From Chloroflexales bacterium (lineage in GTDB: Bacteria > Chloroflexota > Chloroflexia > Chloroflexales > Chloroflexaceae): 13,722 nucleotides of DNA. Shown here piece by piece: positions 1 through 7,151 of the stretch. Where the stretch lies: contig JAKSDJ010000775.1 in assembly GCA_022360155.1 (NCBI GenBank), positions 1-13,722 of the forward strand. The letters are read 5' to 3'. Both the position numbers and the translations under genes were made by a program. The notes beneath the pieces were generated by a model. That model was not told the DNA's origin, ran no database searches, and saw nothing but the letters and a program-made list of their open reading frames with translations. Position 1 is the stretch's first letter; every line of letters begins with the position of its first letter.

Positions 1-1
1 C

Positions 2-1216
2 GAGACGCGCGACGGCAGTGATGTGGCGTTTCAACGCATCGACAACAGCACTGATGGCGAATTTGTCCTGGAAGGCATTCCCGAGAACGGCTACATCCAG
101 GCGCTTGCCCCTGGCTATCGCAAAGCCGTGGTCGAACTCGCCTCCGGCAAGGTTCCGGCCAGCATTGAGCTAGAACCGCTGACCGTCAAGTCGATCTATG
201 TAACCTCCGCCGTCGCTTCGGTTCCCGGCCTGCTCGAAGAATATTTCGACCTGATCGACCGCACCGAACTCAACGCCATCGTGATCGATCTCAAATCGGA
301 TTTGCGCGACGACTTGGGCCTGATCTACTACGACTCGCAGGTTCCGATTGTACAAGAGCTGGGGACAGCGCGGCCAATCATGGATATTGAAGCGATCCTC
401 GCCGAGGCGAAACGCCGCAATATTTACACCATTGCGCGCGTACACATCTTCAGCCACGACAACGTGCTGGCTGACGCAAAGCCAGAATGGGCGGCGCAGG
501 ATCGCTTCACCGGCGAGGTCTTCGCCGACTACCCCACGTCGACCATCCGCTATGCCTGGCTCGACCCCTGGAATCGCAACGTGTGGGACTACAACATCCA
601 ACTCTCGGTCGAGGCGGCCAAGCTGGGCTTTGATGAGATCAACTTCGACTACATCCGCTTCCCCTCGCTGGAATTCTCGCCCGAGGATAAGGAGCGCATC
701 AAACTGTCGCGCCCAGAAGAGGAGGACACGCCAGAAGCCCGCTTCGCAAACATCGCCGCTGTGTTAGAGCAGGCGCAGCGCGCAATCAATGGCGCGGGCG
801 CATTCCTCTCGGTCGATGTTTTTGGGTATACAACCTGGCGACCAGACGGCTTGATCGGGCAAGATATTGAGTTGATGGCCGAACACACCGACTACATCTG
901 CCCAATGATCTATCCGTCGCATTACCTGACCGGCGAACTTGGCTTTGACAACCCAGCCGCACACCCCTACGAGATGATATTGGACTCGATGCAGAAGGGG
1001 CAGAAGCAAGTCGAGGACAAGCGAGCCCAATTGCGCCCCTGGCTCCAGGACTTCACGCTGGTCTGGGTGCCGGAGCATATGATTGTCGAGTACGGTCTCG
1101 CCGAAGTTCGGGCGCAGATCGATGCAGTATACGACTTCGATCCAACGACTGGCTGGATTCTCTACGACTCGGCGAATGATTATACCGAGGAGGCGCTAGA
1201 GCCAGCCGAGGAGTGA
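2..1216 (+). CDS. Putative glycoside-hydrolase-like TIM-barrel protein (DUF4015/GHL-type), 5'-truncated by window edge; N-terminal beta-sandwich (PEGA/carboxypeptidase-regulatory-like) segment
   Basis: Frame 2 is open from base 2 to the TGA at 1214-1216, so the GTG at 23 is probably not the true start. The protein has the pattern KSIYVT...ELNAIVIDLKSD...YYDS...WLDPWN...GFDEINFDYIRFP that I associate with the DUF4015/putative glycosyl hydrolase family, preceded by a GEFVLEGIPENGYIQALAPGYRKAVVEL beta-sandwich-like stretch. Family recalled from memory, not searched. Confidence 0.7.
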   Translation, partial: ETRDGSDVAFQRIDNSTDGEFVLEGIPENGYIQALAPGYRKAVVELASGKVPASIELEPLTVKSIYVTSAVASVPGLLEEYFDLIDRTELNAIVIDLKSDLRDDLGLIYYDSQVPIVQELGTARPIMDIEAILAEAKRRNIYTIARVHIFSHDNVLADAKPEWAAQDRFTGEVFADYPTSTIRYAWLDPWNRNVWDYNIQLSVEAAKLGFDEINFDYIRFPSLEFSPEDKERIKLSRPEEEDTPEARFANIAAVLEQAQRAINGAGAFLSVDVFGYTTWRPDGLIGQDIELMAEHTDYICPMIYPSHYLTGELGFDNPAAHPYEMILDSMQKGQKQVEDKRAQLRPWLQDFTLVWVPEHMIVEYGLAEVRAQIDAVYDFDPTTGWILYDSANDYTEEALEPAEE

Positions 1217-1310
1217 TTGACAAATGACTCAGCGCCAGCTAGAATTGACCGGCGGTCATTTGTTTACACGCTAGATTAGGCTCGATACCTTTCGCGCAGG
1301 CGCTGTCTAA

Positions 1311-1365
1311 ACTTGACAGATCTTGAGGAAGGCTGCTCAAAGCGCCCGCTCAAGATCTGTTAGGC
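1311..1365. repeat. Perfect 12-bp inverted repeat acagatcttgag / ctcaagatctgt separated by a 20-nt loop, with imperfect extension to about 16 bp
   Basis: Read directly: 1316-1327 acagatcttgag, 1349-1360 is its exact reverse complement. Flanking TTGACAG copies at 1313-1319 and 1370-1376. Confidence 0.5.
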
Positions 1366-1385
1366 CTCCTTTGACAGGACTTCCA

Positions 1386-1448
1386 CAGCGGTGAGGTCTG
1401 GGAAGCGAAACTTCCCCGAAAACTCCTTCTCACCGCAGCAGCGGTGAA
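1386..1448 (+). promoter_or_regulatory. Alternative-hairpin module: gcggtgag (1388-1395) / ctcaccgc (1429-1436) / gcggtga (1441-1447), plus nested hairpin gggaag-cgaaa-cttccc (1400-1416). Candidate attenuator-like RNA switch or TetR operator palindrome tcaccgc-agca-gcggtga (1430-1447).
   Basis: Seen in sequence: the central ctcaccgc arm can pair with either flanking gcggtga copy (8-bp or 7-bp stems), so the two structures are mutually exclusive. No U-tract follows the 3' hairpin. Function is inferred only. Confidence 0.3.
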
Positions 1449-1552
1449 CAATAACGATATCTTAGAGGGCTTTGCAGCTCTCCAAACCTTCCTACCAACT
1501 GGTGACTGTGTAAGTCCGGTAATTTGAAAGGTATTGAGATTAGGCTCTGTTG

Positions 1553-2194
1553 ATGCGCCGAGCAATTCGTGACGACCAAAAAGAAGCCCGTCGCCAAGCC
1601 CTCCTTGATGTTGCCTGGAGTCTGTTCCAACAGCGCCCCTATGAGTCGGTCAATATGTTTGATGTCGCGCGGGGCGCTGGTTTGGCGAAAGGCACGGTCT
1701 ATCTGTATTTCAAAACCAAAGAAGAGCTGTTCTTAGTCATTCTCGAACGGCAATTTCAACAGTGGTTCGACGCGGTTGATGCACAATTGCACACCCTACC
1801 TCCCAACAGTGCGGTCACGGAGTTGGTGAACATTATCAACTCGTCGCTTGCGTCGCGTCCCGCGCTTGTTCGCCTCTTCGCCATTACGCACGTTTTTCTG
1901 GAACACAACGCGGATTTCGCGGCAATCTTGCACTTCAAAGCGGGACTGTTGGAGCGGCTTGCGCACACGGGCGCGTTAATCGAAGCGCGCTTCCCTGTCT
2001 TCGCGCCCGGCGCCGGCGCTCAGTTCCTGTTGCGGGCATATGCGCTGGTGATTGGCATCCAGAGTCTGGCTGATCCTGCGTCGACGGTGCGTCAGGTGAT
2101 TGAGGCGAGACCGGAACTGCGTGTGTTTGAGGTGGATTTTTCCAGCGAGTTTACTGCGACGTTGAGCGCGCTGCTAAAGGGGATGATCGAATGA
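1553..2194 (+). CDS. TetR/AcrR-family transcriptional regulator
   Basis: The N-terminal HTH signature LLDVAWSLFQQRPYESVNMFDVARGAGLAKGTVYLYFKTKEELF is classical TetR_N, and the all-alpha C-terminal part and length (213 aa) fit. ATG at 1553 is preferred over the in-frame TTG at 1550 given in the ORF track. Stop TGA at 2192-2194. Confidence 0.9.
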   Translation: MRRAIRDDQKEARRQALLDVAWSLFQQRPYESVNMFDVARGAGLAKGTVYLYFKTKEELFLVILERQFQQWFDAVDAQLHTLPPNSAVTELVNIINSSLASRPALVRLFAITHVFLEHNADFAAILHFKAGLLERLAHTGALIEARFPVFAPGAGAQFLLRAYALVIGIQSLADPASTVRQVIEARPELRVFEVDFSSEFTATLSALLKGMIE

Positions 2195-2301
2195 GACCGC
2201 CCTTCCGCTCATCAAGCAACGCTAAGGCTGAGGTTGGCTGAAAAGCTGTTTGCCGCCTGCGATTTCCGCCTTCAACAAGCAATACGCCCTTTCACAGAGA
2301 T

Positions 2302-2377
2302 CGCTATCCGACAATAGCGCCAAGAGGCCGCCACAAAATGCCGCTTATCTCAAAGCAGGCGTTCTGTGCCGGCCTCT
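2302..2377. terminator. Candidate hairpins in the convergent TetR/protease spacer: cgctat-ccgaca-atagcg (2302-2319) and 8-bp IR agaggccg (2323-2330) / cggcctct (2370-2377)
   Basis: Inverted repeats read directly between two convergent stop codons (2194 and 2393). Neither is followed by a clear T-run, so intrinsic-terminator status is weak. Confidence 0.2.
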
Positions 2378-2392
2378 GACTCATGCTGATGA

Positions 2393-4096
2393 TTACCTGT
2401 TACCGAGCGGATTGGTGACGGCGGTCAGCGCATTGACAATGCCTTCACCGTAGAAACCATTGAAATCGGGCGAGCCTTCACAGTACGCATTGAACGAGGC
2501 TGGTCGCCCAACGATGGTGTAGTCGACCATACGTGGTTCGGGGCAGGCATGATTGGTGGCAGTCCGCTCCAGGATCTTCTGGGTCACGATTGGTCGGAGT
2601 GTCAGCCCGCCATTTCGAGCGTCCGCCCGCCCGTATTGGCTGACAATCAGCGCCGCCACGCCAGTGGCATGCGGTGCGGCCATCGAGGTTCCCTGGAGAT
2701 AGGCATAGTATGCACAGACGTCATCCTGGCAACTCCGCACCACGAATGGCGACCGCGGGGTTCCATCGGGATTGAGCAATCCGCGCGCTTCGAGCACCGA
2801 CTGGGGATAGGTCGACAACACGCGATTGCTTGGCGCCTGGAACTGCGGTGTACCAAAGAAATCGCGGGCATAGCCGCCCGGTGCAGAAACCCGCACCTGT
2901 TCGACGCCATAGTTGGAATAGTCGGCTTTCGCCTTGCTGGGTCCAAGCGCTGAAACAGGGATAACGCCCTCAGCTTCGATCGGCATAATCAAACACGAAT
3001 TGTCCACTGTGCGCGGATAATTGATGCCCGGCGGATAGTTCGGGCTCGACGAGTCGGCGCTCGGATTGCCGAGATCGGTGTGGCCATTGCCGGCTGACGC
3101 AATCAGGGTGACGCCCCGCGCACGAGCATAGCCGACTGCGCGTTGGGTGGCGACGATAACCGCCGTCTGCTCCATTTGCGCCTCGGGCGAATCGGCTGGA
3201 TTGTTGGTGCAATTATAGAGCCAGGGATCGATATAGAAGCTCATATTCACAACGTCGACCCCGATGTCGCCCGCGTAGACAATCGCATCAATAACGGGTT
3301 GCAGGAACAGGTACCCGCCGTCTTGCCCGCCGCGTATATTCACCAGGGTGACGTTGGGCGCAACACCAGCCATTCCGAAACCGTTGAGCGCTGCTGCGAC
3401 GGTTCCTGCAACATGCGTTCCATGGCCGCTATCGTCAACGTCAACCGGGTCAACGCAGGTCGGATGCTCGCACGGCCCATCGATCTCTGGGATGTCGGTG
3501 ACGAAGTTGCGGCTGAGTTCGTAGCTAAAGTTAGGGGCGAGATCGGGATGCGAGGCATCAATACCGGAGTCGATAATCCCAACCAGTACTTCCTTCGTGC
3601 CCGGCTGTACAGCGTATGAACCGTCGACCGCAGCATCGATCATTGCCATGTCCCACTGTAAATCGGTCAATGGTTCAGCGCCAGCCTGGACCTGAGCCCG
3701 TTCTGGCTGCGAAACACCGGTCGCATCAACAACATCGGGCAACTGCTCCACCTCATCAGGCTTGAAGAGTTCGCGCGGTCCGGTGTTGCCAATCGGACGA
3801 TTGCGCACAGCTCCAAGCAGCGCTGGCTGCTGAAGAGCGTCCATCATAAAGTTCGGGTTGTTGGTTTTAATGGTGGCGACGCCAACAGCGGCATTCTCCC
3901 GTACCACCGTGCCGCCAATAGCCGCGAGCGCCTGACGTACGGCTGCCGGCGCGACCCCTTCGGCGTATACGACTACATACTCAGAGGGCTGAGCGCTGCT
4001 GCTCCCCTCTCCCTGCTGTGCGGGTGCGGCAAATGCGACCGGCGTCAAGCCCATAAGCAATACCAGAGCGAAAAACCATCCCTTTTTCCCTCTCAA
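2393..4096 (-). CDS. Secreted subtilisin-like serine peptidase (MEROPS S8) with N-terminal signal peptide and I9-like propeptide
   Basis: All four catalytic-site motifs are present: Asp in GIIDSGID, His in HGTHVAGT, oxyanion Asn in ASAGNG, Ser in GTSMAAPHATG. The signal peptide is MRGKKGWFFALVLLMGLTPVAFA followed by an inhibitor-I9-like propeptide EYVVVYAEGV...ATIKT. Start is TTG at 4096, preceded by a strong SD aaggagga (complement of 4101-4108) with a 4-5 nt spacer. Stop TAG at 2393-2395. Confidence 0.92.
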   Translation of the reverse strand: MRGKKGWFFALVLLMGLTPVAFAAPAQQGEGSSSAQPSEYVVVYAEGVAPAAVRQALAAIGGTVVRENAAVGVATIKTNNPNFMMDALQQPALLGAVRNRPIGNTGPRELFKPDEVEQLPDVVDATGVSQPERAQVQAGAEPLTDLQWDMAMIDAAVDGSYAVQPGTKEVLVGIIDSGIDASHPDLAPNFSYELSRNFVTDIPEIDGPCEHPTCVDPVDVDDSGHGTHVAGTVAAALNGFGMAGVAPNVTLVNIRGGQDGGYLFLQPVIDAIVYAGDIGVDVVNMSFYIDPWLYNCTNNPADSPEAQMEQTAVIVATQRAVGYARARGVTLIASAGNGHTDLGNPSADSSSPNYPPGINYPRTVDNSCLIMPIEAEGVIPVSALGPSKAKADYSNYGVEQVRVSAPGGYARDFFGTPQFQAPSNRVLSTYPQSVLEARGLLNPDGTPRSPFVVRSCQDDVCAYYAYLQGTSMAAPHATGVAALIVSQYGRADARNGGLTLRPIVTQKILERTATNHACPEPRMVDYTIVGRPASFNAYCEGSPDFNGFYGEGIVNALTAVTNPLGNR

Positions 4097-4748
4097 AGCA
4101 TCCTCCTTGTGTTATATGATACTGACAATGCTCCTTCACAACCCAACTCTTCACATGAGATTGACCATCAGGTCAGCAGACAGCCTTACATCAATGCTGC
4201 TCACCCAGCGACTGTCTGAAAACGCTTACACAAAAAGCTTTTTGGAATACGGTAAACATACGCCAACAGATGTTTCTCAGACAGGAAAAAAAGAACGATA
4301 GGCGCAACAAACAATCCATTGCACACATCATCAAAACGCCTATCTGTCTTCCCAGGCGATTGTACGTATATTTGAAGTATGATCATATGCAATAATAAAC
4401 CTCAAACCCTGCTATGCGAGATCGTAAGGTATTTTACATTGCAAACGCACCATACACGGGGGGTGAGATGATTATAGCTTTTTTCTACCAATTGTCAATG
4501 CGACGTGCTAGGATGCATGATGGAGGACTGCATACCGTCAAAGGGCAGATCAGACACACCTTATTCGCATCCAGTTGTGTCAATTCAAGGCCAAAGCAAA
4601 CATCGCGCTACTCTGATCGACGGCAATCGGCGCACAACCGCGTCATCCGCGTACAATTGCAGGCAGCAGGATTGACATAGCATTTGAAGTGGCGCAGAGA
4701 CAGGGCGCAGATCATCAGGGGTGAAATAGGGGAGATGCCTCGCGCTGC

Positions 4749-5219
4749 CTAATCGAAGAAGGCTGCCTCCCGATTGGCGAAGGCATCGTCGAGCATGAGG
4801 CTCGTACGATGCAATAGCGCTGGCAGTTGGTTCTGTGGAAAAAAGTCGACTGTGACATTTTCGTAACCCTCAAGTCGAAGTTCGCCCCTAACTATTCGGC
4901 AAGCCAGGAACACACTGATAATCTGCACCTGATCGCCGTTCGGATAGGTCCACTGAAAATCAGGACCGCTGTAGACGCCGATCAGACGTTCAGGAGCTAC
5001 GATCAAGCCGGTCTCGCCTTCGATCTCACGGATCAACCCCTGGGCGGGCGTTTCGTCCAACTCGATAGCGCCGCCAGGCACATCCCACAGCATTACATCG
5101 GCGCGGCGGCATAGCAATACCCGACCCGCCTGGTCACGTATAAATCCACTAGCGCGAATTTGGAGGATCCGTTGGTGGCCAATATAGGATCGTAGCCAGC
5201 GTGTGTACTTCACAGTCAT
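4749..5219 (-). CDS. Nudix-family hydrolase
   Basis: Nudix box GAIELDETPAQGLIREIEGETGL matches GX5EX7REUXEEXGU except that one Glu of the EE pair is Gly. I prefer the ATG at 5219 (MTVKYTRW...), preceded by GAGGAGG (complement of 5227-5233) with a 7-nt spacer. The longer ORF-track start at 5273 would overlap the upstream gene and has no SD. Stop TAG at 4749-4751. Confidence 0.85.
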   Translation of the reverse strand: MTVKYTRWLRSYIGHQRILQIRASGFIRDQAGRVLLCRRADVMLWDVPGGAIELDETPAQGLIREIEGETGLIVAPERLIGVYSGPDFQWTYPNGDQVQIISVFLACRIVRGELRLEGYENVTVDFFPQNQLPALLHRTSLMLDDAFANREAAFFD

Positions 5220-5265
5220 ATTCAGACCTCCTCTTCGAGCCAGCGGCGCATATTGAACATCGCGA

Positions 5266-6093
5266 TCACTCAATCCTCGAAAAAGCCAGCCGGAAGCCTA
5301 TAAACTCGTTGCGAACCGTGGGCGGCAAGCGAAAACGACAGGCGCAGCGGGAAAAACCCTGCGGGTTAGCGTAACACCCCCCGCGAAGAATGCGCCGCCC
5401 CGAAGCCTGTGCCGCCTCACGACCATCGTCGGCATTATAGGGATAGATATGGTCAAGCGTTGTGGTCCACTCCCACACATTACCAGCCATATCGAGAAGG
5501 CCGTAAGGACTTGCTCCCTCGGGGTACGAGCCAACCGGCGTTGTGCGTGCTACTCCCGTCTCACGCGTATTAGCGCATTTCGGATCGAAGCTGTTTCCCC
5601 AGGGAAAGGTGTATCCCTCACTCCCGCGCGCTGCATATTCCCACTCGGCTTCGCTCGGCAACCGCACAGCGGACTGCAGATTATAGCAAACAGGCTGCTG
5701 CCCCATGGCATCTATAACTTGCAACGCTTCATTTGTAAGCTGATCGTTCAGCCAGATGCAAAAAGACTGCGCCTCATCCCAACTCACATCCACGACCGGA
5801 TGATCGCGCTGTTCGGCAGGAGGTTCCGAGCCGTGCCAAGTGAGCGGGGATCGCCTGCCGGTCACCGCCACATACCGGCTATAGAGCGCGTTTGTCACAG
5901 GCGTTTGCGCCAGGGCGAAGCCAGGCAAGGTCAGACGATGCTGTGGCGACTCCTCGCGATAGCTCTCGCGCGTGCCACCATAGCTCTTGGCAAGGTCGCT
6001 TAGTTCACGTTCCGGTGTTCCCATCAAGAAAGATGCCTCTGGGATGAGGATAAATACAGGTAGAAGTTCTATTAGTGTCATGCTTGCTATCAA
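5266..6093 (-). CDS. Standalone FGE-sulfatase domain protein (SUMF1/EgtB/PvdO family)
   Basis: Hallmark motifs of PF03781-type domains: LIPEASFLMGTPE, HRLTLPGFALAQTPVTNALY, RLPSEAEWEYAARG, FPWGN, YGLLDMAGNVWEWT, RGGCY...RCACRFR, IGFRLAF. No fused DinB, kinase or other domain. Start is uncertain: TTG at 6093 (longest ORF) or ATG at 6081 (MTLIELL...); neither has an SD. Stop TGA at 5266-5268. Confidence 0.88.
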   Translation of the reverse strand: MIASMTLIELLPVFILIPEASFLMGTPERELSDLAKSYGGTRESYREESPQHRLTLPGFALAQTPVTNALYSRYVAVTGRRSPLTWHGSEPPAEQRDHPVVDVSWDEAQSFCIWLNDQLTNEALQVIDAMGQQPVCYNLQSAVRLPSEAEWEYAARGSEGYTFPWGNSFDPKCANTRETGVARTTPVGSYPEGASPYGLLDMAGNVWEWTTTLDHIYPYNADDGREAAQASGRRILRGGCYANPQGFSRCACRFRLPPTVRNEFIGFRLAFSRIE

Positions 6094-6237
6094 AACAACC
6101 CAAGAACGAGAGAGCTGCGTCTCACCCTCACGTTAGTAGTCGTTAAGACCTCATAATACCCAATTCAATTGACGAGGAGCCGTATCGCAAGCGGTTCGAC
6201 CATAACATAACGCGCAGCTCTGGCTCATGCTTGCCTT

Positions 6238-6855
6238 TTATTCCAGGTCGCTTGCATAAATCCGATTGAGCCGTTGTAATTCGCGCTCATAAACAGTATC
6301 GGCAAAGTACCGAATGTTTTGGACTGGGAGCAATGCAGTATGCCCCTCGACCATGAAGGTATGCAACGCCTCCATCCCTGACATCAACGCCACAAACCGC
6401 GCTTGTCGCAGCGCGAATCCTAAAAACGGGATGTTAGTCAACCGATGCATATTGAGCAACGTCGCATGCACTAAATTGAGTTGGTATAAACGCTGCTCGT
6501 AGTTGTCCGCCTGGAAATAAGCGCATTCGTAGGTCGGCTCGTCGAAATCGAATGGTGCATTGAGCGCTTGTAGCCAACGCGCGACATCATCGTCGAGTTT
6601 ACTCGTCAGTTCGAGCAGTTCAACGGCTTCTTCAACATCGCGAAGACGAACGCCAGGGACAAGATGGATGAAATGATGCAGGCGACGCGCCCCTGCATCG
6701 CGTTCGGTAAAATCATGCGGGCCATACATTTGGGTGAAGAAAAAATCGCTCACCGAATAATACTGCGGCTGTGCGGCAAGATCACTGTAGTCACGACGCA
6801 GTCGCGCCGATTGGAAAATCTGAAGTATCTGGCGATACTCGTCGAGCGTTGGCAT
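6238..6855 (-). CDS. Hypothetical protein, 205 aa, predicted all-alpha, no family recognised
   Basis: Uninterrupted ORF with protein-like composition, codirectional and 144 nt upstream of the FGE-domain gene. ATG at 6855, TAA at 6238-6240. Contains a His-rich stretch RRLHHFIHLV. I cannot place it in a known family by eye. Confidence 0.7.
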   Translation of the reverse strand: MPTLDEYRQILQIFQSARLRRDYSDLAAQPQYYSVSDFFFTQMYGPHDFTERDAGARRLHHFIHLVPGVRLRDVEEAVELLELTSKLDDDVARWLQALNAPFDFDEPTYECAYFQADNYEQRLYQLNLVHATLLNMHRLTNIPFLGFALRQARFVALMSGMEALHTFMVEGHTALLPVQNIRYFADTVYERELQRLNRIYASDLE

Positions 6856-7151
6856 AGTTCAACTCAGAACGTTGTGCATCAAAAGCCGACTTCAACATCA
6901 GTTTCAATCGCATGCACTCAAGCAACAATATGACATTGATATACACCACATGGCGACAATTCCAGCGCCTTCTCACACGAGCGATACAGACATACTGTCA
7001 TCAACGCATCGCATCCGGCAAAATAGCATAGTCGCCAGAAATTGCACCGTTATGTCAAACGGTCTATTATCGTTCGACGCTTATTGCAACAAACAGTCAT
7101 ATTATAGTGCAGATACGTTCAGACATGTTATAGAGCAGCGCACATCTGCTA

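Noticed and set aside
170-1078. Antisense and alternate-frame ORFs inside the hydrolase gene (170..601 -, 348..767 +, 649..888 -, 764..1078 -)
   Set aside because: Translations are Arg/Ser/Pro/Thr-rich and low-complexity, as expected for off-frame readings of GC-rich coding DNA. They fully overlap a gene with recognisable motifs.
1224-1274. 16-codon ORF (MTQRQLELTGGHLFTR) immediately after the hydrolase stop, with GAGGAG 10 nt upstream
   Set aside because: Too short to evaluate and the spacing to the SD is long. It could conceivably be a leader peptide for the downstream structured region, but there is no supporting signal.
2549-3636. Plus-strand ORFs inside the protease gene (2549..2953, 3143..3619) and minus-strand off-frame ORFs (2647..2946, 2970..3212, 3340..3636)
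   Set aside because: No domain signatures and biased composition. The S8 reading frame explains the region.
4107-4680. Short ORFs in the AT-rich gap (4107..4301 +, 4201..4392 -, 4414..4680 +)
   Set aside because: Non-protein-like sequences, no SD or start context, and divergent base composition. Treated as non-coding.
5298-6003. ORFs 5449..6003 + and 5298..5534 - overlapping the FGE-domain gene
   Set aside because: Antisense or off-frame artefacts with Arg-rich translations.
6190-6206. ggttcgacc motif resembling a tRNA T-arm
   Set aside because: No flanking acceptor, D or anticodon stems could be built. Not a tRNA.
6418-6462. Possible HEPN-like Rx4-6H reading of RRLHHFIH in the 205-aa protein
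   Set aside because: A single short motif match in a protein larger than typical HEPN domains, with no supporting conserved context.
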